Positions 25,272 to 36,400 of a stretch of DNA of 64,000 nt are shown here, piece after piece; the first letter of the stretch is position 1, and each line of letters opens with the position of its first letter. The notes under the pieces are model-generated. The model did no database searches and was not told where the DNA came from. It was given only the letters and a program-made list of their open reading frames with translations. This DNA comes from Fimicolochytrium jonesii. Taxonomy: Eukaryota. A program made the translations under genes and the position numbers. The stretch is taken from the NCBI RefSeq assembly GCF_025526975.1, contig NW_026515671.1:1488001-1552000 (forward strand), written 5' to 3'.

Positions 25272-25635
25272 GTGCGCGTACGCCAGCGAAGCGAGCGATT
25301 TTGCGTTGTTCTGCGGCAGCTAAGCGGGGGTGTCACCGGACGCGAGCGCAGGGAGGGAGCGAGTGCGTTGTACTGCGACGAGCAAACAGCGAGGCGCAGG
25401 GATATTTGGCGCAGGCGAGGCATGGGGGACCGAGCGGAGCCAGCCACACTGCGCCAAAGGCGCAATACTTCCTCCCACACTTCTTAGCGAGCCTCTCGGC
25501 GAGCACCTCATTGCACCACAGGCGCAATACTCTCCTCATTCATGTAGTGTAGCCCAACATCCTTGTCGCGAGCGGAGCGAGCAGGGCATTGTTTGTGGGT
25601 GATTGATGGTTGACGATCGAATTTCCCTTTCCCAG

Positions 25636-26955
25636 ACAAGTCCAAACTCGAAGCGGACGACCCATGCAACATCCAGCACGCTCGGACATGACCGGACCCT
25701 GAAAGGTCACGTCGATACAGTAGGAAGTGTCAGCTATGGCACGTCGATGCCTCTCGAGACGTTGCGCAACCTCTACCTTCAATACGACGCGTCGGGCGAT
25801 CAGAACGCGTTAGAGACCATCACCTACAGCACGGCACGCGATTACCCACCAGTGCGGAATCTCGCTCAACCGGATAAGAAGCGTATTCTCGTCACTGGTG
25901 GCGCTGGCTTTGTTGGATCGCATTTGGTTGACCGGTTGATGCTGATGGGTCATGAGGTCACTGTCCTGGACAACTTCTACACGGGACGGAAAAGGAACAT
26001 ACAGCATTGGTTTGGGCACCCCAATTTCGAGCTGGTTCGGCATGACGTGACAGATCGGTTTATGATCGAGGTCGACCAAATATACCATCTAGCGTGCCCT
26101 GCATCGCCACCGCACTACCAGTACAATCCCATCAAAACCCTCAAAACCAGTATCATGGGAACCATGAACATGCTGGGACTCGCCAAGCGCAATAAAGCAA
26201 GATTTCTCCTCACATCCACCTCGGAGGTATACGGGGACCCAATGGAGCATCCCCAGAAAGAGACGTATTGGGGCAACGTGAACCCCATCGGCCCCCGCGC
26301 CTGCTACGACGAAGGCAAACGGGTCGCCGAATCCCTCGCCTACGCCTACGTCCACCAAGAACAGCTCTCGGTCCGCGTCGCCCGCATCTTCAACACCTTC
26401 GGCCCGCGCATGAACGAAAACGACGGCCGCGTCGTCTCCAACTTCATCCTCCAAGCCCTTCGCGGCCAGAACCTCACCGTCTACGGCGACGGCGACCAGA
26501 CCCGATCGTTCCAGTACGTGCACGACCTCGTCGACGGACTGATCATGCTCATGAATTGCGAGGAGGCGAGTGAGCCGGTCAACTTGGGAAACCCGGATGA
26601 GTACACCATTGCGGATTTCGCGGATATTATACGGAATACGGTCAACCCCGGTGTGGAGGTCGTTAGGCTGCCGAGTACGGTGGATGACCCGCAGCGGAGA
26701 CGGCCGGATATTTCACGCGCCAAGGAGTGGTTGGGATGGGAACCGAGGTTTTCGGTGAAGCAGGGCATTGAGGAAACGGTGGAATATTTCAAGAGGTTGA
26801 ATGCGGTGCCGGGGAGGGAAACGGAGCAGCAGCAGCAGCTTGGAGCACAGAAAGACGGTGCAGAAAGTTGGGCCACACCTGCCTCACAACACGAGTCGGG
26901 TTGGGTGTACAGACCGCAGCATGCGAACCCAACATCATTTCCGCAATCACTATGA
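25636..26955 (+). CDS. UXS1: UDP-glucuronate decarboxylase (UDP-xylose synthase), main exon
   Basis: RILVTGGAGFVGSHLVD, YHLACPASPPHYQ, TSTSEVYGDP, RACYDEGKR and RIFNTFGPRM. Preceded by a strong acceptor (ttccctttcccag). Confidence 0.95.
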   Translation, partial: TSPNSKRTTHATSSTLGHDRTLKGHVDTVGSVSYGTSMPLETLRNLYLQYDASGDQNALETITYSTARDYPPVRNLAQPDKKRILVTGGAGFVGSHLVDRLMLMGHEVTVLDNFYTGRKRNIQHWFGHPNFELVRHDVTDRFMIEVDQIYHLACPASPPHYQYNPIKTLKTSIMGTMNMLGLAKRNKARFLLTSTSEVYGDPMEHPQKETYWGNVNPIGPRACYDEGKRVAESLAYAYVHQEQLSVRVARIFNTFGPRMNENDGRVVSNFILQALRGQNLTVYGDGDQTRSFQYVHDLVDGLIMLMNCEEASEPVNLGNPDEYTIADFADIIRNTVNPGVEVVRLPSTVDDPQRRRPDISRAKEWLGWEPRFSVKQGIEETVEYFKRLNAVPGRETEQQQQLGAQKDGAESWATPASQHESGWVYRPQHANPTSFPQSL

Positions 26956-27233
26956 TGCCTGCCGTTTTCCCTGATTTTGCACGTGATTGATGCACCGCCT
27001 TTCAAAACTTCATACACATGTACATTTCGTAAACTCAAAACTATTAACCCAAAAGTCTCACTATCAACTATCAAGCCATAAGAGGTCCCCATGGGGAGGT
27101 ATATCGCATGTCCAAGAAAAAAATCCGCCACAACGCCGCAACTCACTCACGCCGCTTTGAGCATAGGTTAGGGACCCAACTCAGTTTCCTACGCCTCGTC
27201 CAATCTCAATTCACCCCCCATCACCCACCCCAA

Positions 27234-29968
27234 TCAAACATCATAAGCATCATAAATCCGATCCAAAGTCTGCCTCGGATGCTGCGACCACGACACCAAC
27301 GACGACACCGCGGCCGAATGCGTGCGTGGCGGAAGCACCAGCGGAGCCTGCTGCGTGGCCGAATGTGTCCGTGGCGGAAGTACCAGCGGGGGTTGCTGCT
27401 GCGTCCGTTGCGGAGCCGCGCGCGGGAGCTCCATGTACGCTGCTCTGCGGACTGTTACGGTTGCTGAGCGCATAAGGTTGGGTCGTGGATCGTTTTGAGA
27501 TCCTGGGTGGATTGGGCGGGCGAGGGTGGAGGTGATTGTGTTTGTGGTGTTGTTCCTGCGCAGGCCGGTGTGGGTGTTGGAGCGGGAGAGGGTGACTAGG
27601 GCCGAGGGCGGGATATCGATGGGGTGGGAGCGAGGGTTGTTATACGGTGTGTTCGTCTCAGTAGTATGGTTGTAAGCGGGGTGCGGAGCGGGGTTGAACT
27701 GGTTGTTGTTGGTGATGTTGTAGGTGTTGCCGTGAACCACAGGCATACCCCTCGCCGGGCTGCCGACACGGGGGACCATCGAGGCCGCGGTCCGGATGGG
27801 TGGGCCCCATGGCGGTGTTATCACCTGCGGCGGGGGCATGGGCGACCTTGACCTTGGTGCCTGCCGACTTGGGGCGCGAGAATCCGCAAATGGATTGTAA
27901 TTTCCATAATTTGCATGCGGCGGTAAGTTGGTAATTCCGTGATTCGCCTGTTGCGGCGGTAAGTTGCTATTTGCATAATTTGCATGCGGCGGTAAGTGGT
28001 TATTTCCGTGACTCGTCTGCTGTGGCGGCAGGTTGTTGTCCTTTCCATAGTTCGGATGGGACGGCTGGTTGTTGTTTCCGTAACTGGCAACCGGCCGAAG
28101 CGGCGACATGTCCATCAAATGCCTCTGCGGCCCATTATCGGCGTTCACATTCTGATCTGCCGCATGCGGGTTACGGATTGAGGGGCTCCGCTGCACGTTC
28201 ACCAGTGCGTGGCCAGGACTCGGACTGCGAACCGATGGGCTTCGCTGGGCGTTTACCAAGTTGTGACCTGGACTCCGATTGCGGATTGACAGGCTTCGCT
28301 GGGCGTTCCCGAGATTATTACCAGGACTTCGACTGCGGACCGATGGGTTGCGCTGGGCATCGAGGCTTTGTCCGCGTTCAGGGAAGCCTCTGTTTGGTGA
28401 AGCCTGTTGCGAATGTGGTGATCCCTGCGCCGACGCGTTCGAGGGCATCATCTGGTACACGGAAGCCTGGTGCGAATGTGGTGATCCCTGCGCCGACGCG
28501 TTTGAGGGTATCATCTGGTACACGGAAGCCTGGTGCGAAAGTGGTGATCCCTGCGCCAAGGGGTTCGACGACATCATCTGGTAAACAACAGCAGGAGACG
28601 GGTGGGCAGTGGCGATCCGCACGGGCATCGGCATAGGCGGTGGTGGCGTCTCCGTATTCATGCGGCGCGGAGTCCGTTGTTGCTGTTCATCGCGCTCGGG
28701 CGGGACGTAATCTCGCATCGTAGGCATCGTGGGCGGGTCGACGACCACGAGTCCGGAGCTAGACTGCGCGGCGACAAGGACCGATTGTCGTGATTTCTTA
28801 CGCTCCCATGGCGCCAGATGCTGGCTATTGTCGGTATTGTTGCTACCACCAGCAGCGGCGGCGGCGGCAGCGGCAGTTTGGTATCGGGGTCGCGATTTAC
28901 TCGGAAGACGGGTCAGCGAGCTTTTATGAACCAGTTTTCCTCCCATCCTGCCCTCGTCATCATCGTGCTTTACAGACCGGGCATTGGTGGTCGGTTTTCT
29001 GGCGTAAACAATGCTGGCATCACTCTCCTTGTGCTCGACATACTTCCCAGCGGCGTCGAGCGACGCATTCCATGTCGCATGCGGGAAGGTCGATTGGTAT
29101 AGCGTTACGATGTAGGATAGAAACATCCCCACGATGCAGATGAACAGGAAGATAGGTGCGGCCAACATGGCCTTCTGGGGGTGATCGGCTACCAAAGCCA
29201 TGGCTTCGCTGAGGGTGAGAATTCTGGCTTTTGTGGCGAAGGGCCCGTTGGCGCTGGTCATGTTTGTGTGTCCGCTGTTGCCGGACGTGTGGTCTGAGGT
29301 GTGGTCGGAATTTGGGTCGGAGCCGGGTCGCGAGCCAGTGGAAGCGGGTGGGGATGATGGTTGTGGTGCGTTGGCGGATGTTCCACCAGCTGGGTTTGAT
29401 GCGGGGGTGTTTTGGGATGTCCCACTAACTGGGGATGTGACTGGTGCGTTGACAGGTGTCCCGCTTACTGGGTTTGATGCTGGTGTGTTGACGGCTGTCC
29501 CAGTAGCTAGGGATGCTGGCGTGTTGGCGGGTGTCCCACCAGGTGAGTTTGGGATTGGCGGGTTACCAGGTGTACCTGCGGCCGGGTTTGAAATTGGTGG
29601 GCTGGTAGATGGAACCCCAGCCGGCACCGCCGGCGTAACCGCCGCAGAGGACTGCGACATCCTGCCAGTATCAGCCGGTCTCGGATCCACGACCGTGGGG
29701 TCAGACGGAGCAGCGGCAGGTATCGAAGCAGATGCATCTAACGGAAGCCGTGGCGATTTAAATGACGGAAAAAGACGTGGAAGGAGATCCGCTTTACGGC
29801 TTTCAGGCAGCAAGCCATCAGGTGCTAAAGACAGAATATCGACTCAATCAGTGACTGCTTCTCGGTTGATGTACAAAACATCTTCAACAACATACCTTGC
29901 GAGGGTATATTTCGCGCCACGGCAGAATGAAAAAACACTGCTGCGGACATCAAACAAAGCACCGACAT
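27234..29968 (-). CDS. Hypothetical type-I membrane protein (signal peptide, S/T/P-rich ectodomain, one TM, repeat-rich tail)
   Basis: Exon 29968-29896 (MSVLCLMSAAVFFHSAVAR; an upstream in-frame ATG at 30019 is possible), intron 29895-29825, then a long exon with TM LAAPIFLFICIVGMFLSYIV. Confidence 0.75.
28186..28584 (-). repeat. Coding tandem repeats (about 3x54 nt and 3x63 nt)
   Basis: gaagcctg recurs at 28399, 28462 and 28525 (63-nt period). cttcgctgggc-like units recur at a 54-nt period. Confidence 0.85.
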
Positions 29969-31486
29969 AGAGGGCGTGAGCCGACTACTGCGACGAGACC
30001 TGTAAGATACCATCTTCATTCGTATTCGAACAGTATTTGAGCTCCACAACGTCGAAAGCTGATATGGCGTGTGCTGGGTATGTTATGCGAGGAAAAGGTC
30101 TACTCGAAGATTGCTTGTCGACGGCGGGGCAAAGTGTGAAGAAACCCGCCCGGCGATGCTCCGCCGGAATATTCGGTCTAGAGGGATATCCAACTGCCTT
30201 CTCTCCCGCACTGTGCGCTGGCCCTCAACCGGTGATATCACCTTAATAACAGTACCCCTCCAGCCAACGGCCGACGGTCGGAAACAAACAAAAAGGGGCG
30301 AGACGCGCGGGGCACAGGGGAACAAGGCAGTTCAGCTGCGGAAGGCCAAGCCGCAGGATACCCCGCAAGTGACCCAACAACCCCTTCGTCCGTTTCAATA
30401 AATAGCGAGAGTTCTGGACGAGTGCCGCAGGCGGTCTCACTCTGCACAGGGACACGTTCGCTCTCTGCTGTCTACGCCGCCAGGAATCCAGAGCAAGGGA
30501 ATTGACGGGGTCGTCTGAACGCGTTGAGGGCTGCCGCAGAATGGACTAACTACAGTATGAACTCCGGACGGCTTGTTCGCCCGACGGTCTTGCAGCAGAT
30601 TCCCTCCGAATCGGTCGTCGACATCTCAGAGGCAGAATAGGTTCGGTCGACGTGGGGCAAACTGAAAGAAACCCCTGGGCAGGCGGCGGCCAACATGAGC
30701 GAACCTCAACAAGGTTTTTAGCTGCGAGTTGTGCACGAACGGCGAGCCATCATCATCATGCACATCAACTGAGCAATGACCATATTCCTCGGACCTCCAA
30801 TGATTAGCCTGAGTCTCCTTCTAATAATCATATTCGAGCCGCTTGAGCCAACTTGAGCCAACTTGAGCGACTGCGGGCGAAGTTGATTGCAATAACGCAA
30901 ATCTTCGCCCTCGTGCAACCGCTCATTTCGGACAAGTCGCAACGCGTCGAATGAGCAAATCAACCTCATGATGACAATACGCGACGCATACGGGCAAACG
31001 CGTCTTTCAGCAAGAGCGAACTTCCACTCGTCCTCCGTGAATCGTTTGCCCAACATGGCCAGCACGACACTCTAACATAACCCAATTAGATTCCGGCACG
31101 GATAAGTAACGACCCGGAGTAGGAAACGTGCCTCATCGTCCTCTGGAAATGCGACGCCGCTTTACAATTGATGAGGGTGGAATCAGAGTTCGGCAGATGG
31201 CCGTAGGGTAGTTGTCGAGTTGAAATTAGTGCGTAATGTGGAGCGGCTAATGGGATCGGACAAGGATGAGAAAAACTCCACCGTCAATTCGACCCTGGTA
31301 AATCATATTCGGACCTCGCCTAATTTCACGCTGACGCATATTATATCCCAGGGAGAGCGTACTTTCATTGAACGCATTTATTGAAGAACCAGTGCCGTGG
31401 CAAGTACAACAACAAAGGATATGATGAGATTGCTGAGGTCCAGTATTCTACCCGGGACGTAAACTACGATAGTGGAACGCCTGTGC

Positions 31487-32029
31487 CTACTTCCACTCCG
31501 TGCAGAGGGTGGCGACGTAACCCTTGACGGTTCCGCTTGACAGGGTGAATTTGATGGGTTCCCTAGTTGAGGAATGCGCTGATGAGTGGATTGTCCAGTT
31601 CCGCCACCCTTCAATGAAGTTCACTACGCACCAGTTACTGCTTGTACCGCCACAAGCGGTGTACGAAGAACCGGAAACTATAACGGGGGACCCGCTCCAA
31701 AAAGGGCGGCACTGGCCTTTCTGGAGCTGGCCCAGGATTGTGCCGCCTCCCGGCCTGGATCTGACTCTGAGGGCGTCGATCTTTGAACAATCTTTGGTGA
31801 CGGCTCTGCGTGGGGCAAGAAAAGACGGGCGTTAGCCAATATTATCGCTTGAGAGTAGCCGGATCTGGACATTGTAGAACCGAGGCACGACGCGGATCAC
31901 TTACAGGGTGCCTGCTTTGGCTTCGATCTCCGCGGCGCTGACGGAAACGTCGGCGGCTTCGGGCTCGATGGGAGTGGCGAAGACGCCGACAGTGACTGCC
32001 AGGACGGAGATGATGGCGGAAAGTTTCAT
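31487..32029 (-). CDS. Small secreted protein with bacterial SH3b-like domain
   Basis: Exons 32029-31905, 31805-31632 and 31562-31487. Signal peptide MKLSAIISVLAVTVGVFA, then DALRVRSRPGGGTILGQLQKGQ...W..I...GTVKGYVA. TATAAAT at about 32095-32101. Confidence 0.75.
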
Positions 32030-33420
32030 TGTGCTGTCACAGCTACTGAGACTGGTTGGTTGCCGAGGGAGGGAATCCGGATGGGCTACCCGATATTTAT
32101 AGACTTTGCCGAAAGCCGAGACAAACGAGCGTGCCCGGCATATCGATGGAGGCTCCCCATGAGATGGGGCACCAGCTTCGGAGATGAGCGCCAATGTATC
32201 GATCTGAAGCGAGTCTCATGATCGATGGATCACTTCCTGCCTTCAAGGGCATGGCCCCCAAGCAGCGTCGGGTGGCAAGCGTCGGGTGGCAAGCGCGAGC
32301 ACATTTCACAGTCCATTGTCGGACGTGTACCTCTCGGCCAATAATCATGACCCTTTTGGTGTACAGGCCCGTAGCAACGCTCGCTGGCTGGTCACTTCCA
32401 CTGGCCCGCGATTAGCTCCACGGTTGCGGCTTGCCCACATCTCCATTGGGAAAACGTTCCCGAAGTATTGGGGAAACGTTTTGGAACAGCTAGGCGTGCG
32501 TGTTGCACATGCGACCTGGAGATGTATGGTTTGATCTGATTCGCGCTTTGTGCCGTGGCGGATATCTTAAATCTAGTCGAGATATTCCTCGCGGTCAGAA
32601 GGGTCGGCCGGAAGCATACAATACAGTACTGTACAGTAGGTATGCTGGTCTTTCGAAGGTAAAAAAGGAAACATGCTCCAACGAAATGATTTTGGATTTT
32701 ATGGATACCGGAGCGGCGTCGCCGGAGGGCTCCTTGCTGCAAAAAAAGGTTCGCATCTCACACGTACGACAGTGCGATCAAACAAGCCTGATCGTGGCTT
32801 TGCTGGAAACGAGAGTCCGGAGTCCGGACCCCCAGGGCCTCACCGACCCACACATTTCACTGGCTCTAATAGCTTCGCACAAATGATACAGTATATTGTT
32901 GTGCGAGTCTGTGTTTCTTTTCAGCCCCATGATTTTCAGATCGCGCCACAAGCGTCGCATTTATGTTCGGCGTGCATACGGATCGCGCTGTCGCTTTCCC
33001 TGTCAATTTCGCTTCCTCAGCTTCCGGACACCAAACGTGAAATTTGGAGGCTCAGGCATCGCAGTCCTGCGCTTCTCGAAACAGCGACGTTCGACCACGA
33101 GCATCTGGCTTAGGTATCTATTCCGTGGCCATCGTGGAGCCCTGCGGCGAGTATCTTCAGACGAAGAAGCTCGATGTACCAGCTATCACATGCATATTTC
33201 GTTTGGGCATTCACGCAGACGAGAAGACGGTCACACAACTCTCTTCTCGACGTGGACTACGTCTGCTCCCTCTCCCTCTGTCGCCTTCCCTTGCGCATCA
33301 CGATACTTGGACTGCCGAATTACTCTGAACGGTAGATATCGGAGTCGGATTCGGAGGGCTGTGATTCAATATGAAGTTAGAAGGTATACAGTTACGGATT
33401 GCTGTGTCCCTGGGAAGCCA

Positions 33421-36400
33421 CTATTCACAATCACAAAATCCCGGACAGTACACCCACCTTTCCCCTCTCCGCTCCTTCTCTAATGCGGCGGCCAGTTTAT
33501 GATTGACAGACACAACCTTGCGAAGCTTCGCTTTCAAGTCCTTAACCATCTTGCTGTTCTGCTCCGAGTCTTGCAGCCCCTTTGAACTCGATGGCGACCC
33601 TTCGTGTCCTCTCGTTTGACCTTTTCCGCGCTTCGAGACGTGAAAGGTGATGCAGCGTTGAGAACACCGCATCTCGAAATCGATCACTCAGAGTCACTCA
33701 CACACCTGTAACTTGGAAAGCTCACGAATGCATTCAACGACTAGCTCCTGAGCCTGACTGAGAGAGCAGGAGTCCTGCAATGAAGGGAAGAGAAGATGAT
33801 TAATAGACTGGCTTTTACCGTATTCAGGGCCAGACGCTTGCACGTACCAATTTCTCGAGAACATGGATAATGTCCGGTTGATCCTGAAACTCGTCCTGCA
33901 CGGCCGACAAATCTAACCCGTGGCTGTCTTTGCCAAGTCCCTGGGCTGACGGGCTCTTTTTCAGTCGACCTGATGGGGATACACTGATGAGCTGTCTCCA
34001 TCACGAATCAAGCCTTACATCCGACCAAAACCTGCGCATACCTTCAACCACCGCCCTTTCTCTAACAATTCTCTCCATCTCCCGCTCACCAAGTTCCCGC
34101 TCCTGCCGTATCTCGCCCACCCGCACTCCAACCCGTTGCCGCATCGGATCCTCAGGCGCCAGCGTCTCAAGGATGGACTCCCCTTCTTTCAAATCCGCGG
34201 TAAGTTGCGCAACAGCTGTGCGGACTTGCCGCAGGTGTTTGGAAAACGCGTGATACTCTTTAAATGCCTTTGAACATGAAGATTATGGCCCCAGTCGTTG
34301 CCCAGCATTGAAAAAACGCCACATAGTCATACCTCAATCTCCTCCGCCCGCGACTGCAAACTCTCCTCCATCTCCTGCACCTCTTCCAGCATATCACCAG
34401 TTTCCGGTATGTCGCCTGCCTTCGCCCGCCCTTGTGCAATTGGCGGTAAGCTCCCAACAGTGCTATTCTTCGTTGGATGTGCCGCCGACGCTGACCGAGT
34501 ATCCCGCCTGGCCGCGTGCTGCGCGGTCCTATCAGCCGATGTCGCGGCCGTTGCTGACTTGGCTCTATCGAGCCGCCTGCGCAAGGTGTCGCCCTGTGTC
34601 TCGAGCAGGCGGATGCGCTTGGCATCCTCCTCGATTTGTTTTCGCAGTGAGAAGACCTCCTTGGCTTTGCGGGATTCGGTTTCAGCTAGCTTTTCTGCCT
34701 CTTTTCATAGAGAAATGGCGCCTTGTGAGTGTACAGGCGAGCGGAAGGTCCTTCTTTCCTTCTCTCAGCCTCTTACCTTCTTTCAGCCTCTTCTTCAACG
34801 CACCAACCCTCGATTCCGCTTTTGCCAAATCCTCCCGCAAATCTGCATTCTTGCCCTCTAACGCCTCCTTCTCATCAGCCAGCTTCTGCATATCCTTCAC
34901 ATTCGCCTTCAGTTTCGCAATCTGCGTCTCCAACCCTTTGCAGCGTCTCTCGTTGTCGTCTTTCAAGCGGACTAGAGTGGCTTCCTTGTCTTCTAAAGCG
35001 CTTTTGGATTTGGCGATTTCCGCGTGCGCGTCGTCGAGCTCGCGTTGGAGTTTTTGGGCTTGGCGGGTGGTTTGGTGACGGATCTTTTCCATTCTGAGTT
35101 TGGAATAAACTACATTATTTCCGGCCCCGCGTTGCGCCATTGAATTCGAGCGCTTCACATACTCCTTATGTGCATCCCGAAGATCCCGCATCGTCTCTAC
35201 CCGTGCTTTGTTCGCAGCAACCACATCCTGGCGAGACGGACCGTCGTCCACTTCGCTTTTGACCTCATTTCTAGAAGGGCTCGTAACCCCATCTCCAACG
35301 TCTTTGTGGCCCTCGTATATCCCGCTGTGGAGGAGAATCAAAAGGTTAGACATTCCAAGCATCTGCACCCAAAGGCGCTAACGTCGAGCTTACCTGACGT
35401 GAACGGGGAAGTCGTCTTCATCGTCCTCGGCGGCCGGGGCAATCATGGGTACGTCGCTTACATCGGCAGGAGGAGCTCCACCATTTGCAACACCAGTTGT
35501 CCCCTGCTCCGTCCCCAAAGACTCAGACCAAAAAGCGGTCCTCATCTGTTTCGCTGACCGGTCGTTATGCACAAACATGGCGTTCAGCGATTCGCGAGCG
35601 GATATGTTGCGGTTCCGCCGCGAAAGGCTGTCATTGCTGTTCCCTCCCGAGGCCGCGTTTCGGGTTTGCGGCTGCCCGACATCAGCGCCCCCGGCTTCGT
35701 TGACCAGCACCCCATTCTGCATCTCCGCTACAGCAGCCTCCCATTCATCCCTCTCAGCAGTCAAGGCGTCGATCTGTTCTTTGAGCAACGCTATCTCATC
35801 ATCCCTCTGCGCCAACAGCGTGCTCAGCTTCGACAGTTGCTCTTCATCCCCAATTGCATGCGACGTTGGATGTGCATGCCCACCCGTCTGCCCTCCTGAC
35901 TGCGCCTTCAACCTGTCATTCTCCACAATCATCTTCAAGTTGACGCCTTCCAGTCGCGGGACAACCACCTCCTTCAACTGCTGTATCTCCTGAAGTAAGA
36001 TCCTAGCCTGCTCGTCCTTTTCGAAAAGATCGTCTTCTAAGCGGCGGATAGCGGCATGCTGCCTGTCGATCAGCGACGCGGCTGTCTGGTCGGGCGTGCT
36101 GACCTTCCGCACCCTTCTTCGTGGGTAACCGAGAGATCCAGGCACGGATGCGACGGAGGAGGGTGGGCGGGATGGTCGAAGTGGCTGTCGCCCGGGGTGC
36201 TCCGGGTATGGGTCCACTCCCGGCTTCGGCCCGCTTGTCTCGAGACAAACTGCAGAATCCGGCCGCCATCTCTTCACGACCCCTCTCGCCGTTTCCACGA
36301 CCTTGGCGACATCTTCCCCATTGAGGACGGCAATCAATGTATCTACCGTCAGGTTGATGTCGGTCGTCAAAGTCTCAGTCGTCGCGTGCAGCTCGTTCTC

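Noticed and set aside
11109..26955. GH114 plus UXS1 as a polysaccharide gene cluster
   Set aside because: They are separated by 13 kb of unrelated housekeeping genes, and UXS1 is not the GAG epimerase.
29200..29970. 256-aa Gly/Ala/Val-rich plus-strand ORF
   Set aside because: Antisense shadow of the S/T/P-rich ectodomain.
30718..31160. Minus-strand coding-like segment (LGKRFTEDEWKFALAERR)
   Set aside because: Non-ATG start, internal stop upstream and no recognisable family.
32896..33483. Overlapping plus-strand ORFs downstream of the kinesin
   Set aside because: No motifs, non-ATG starts and no consistent splice model.
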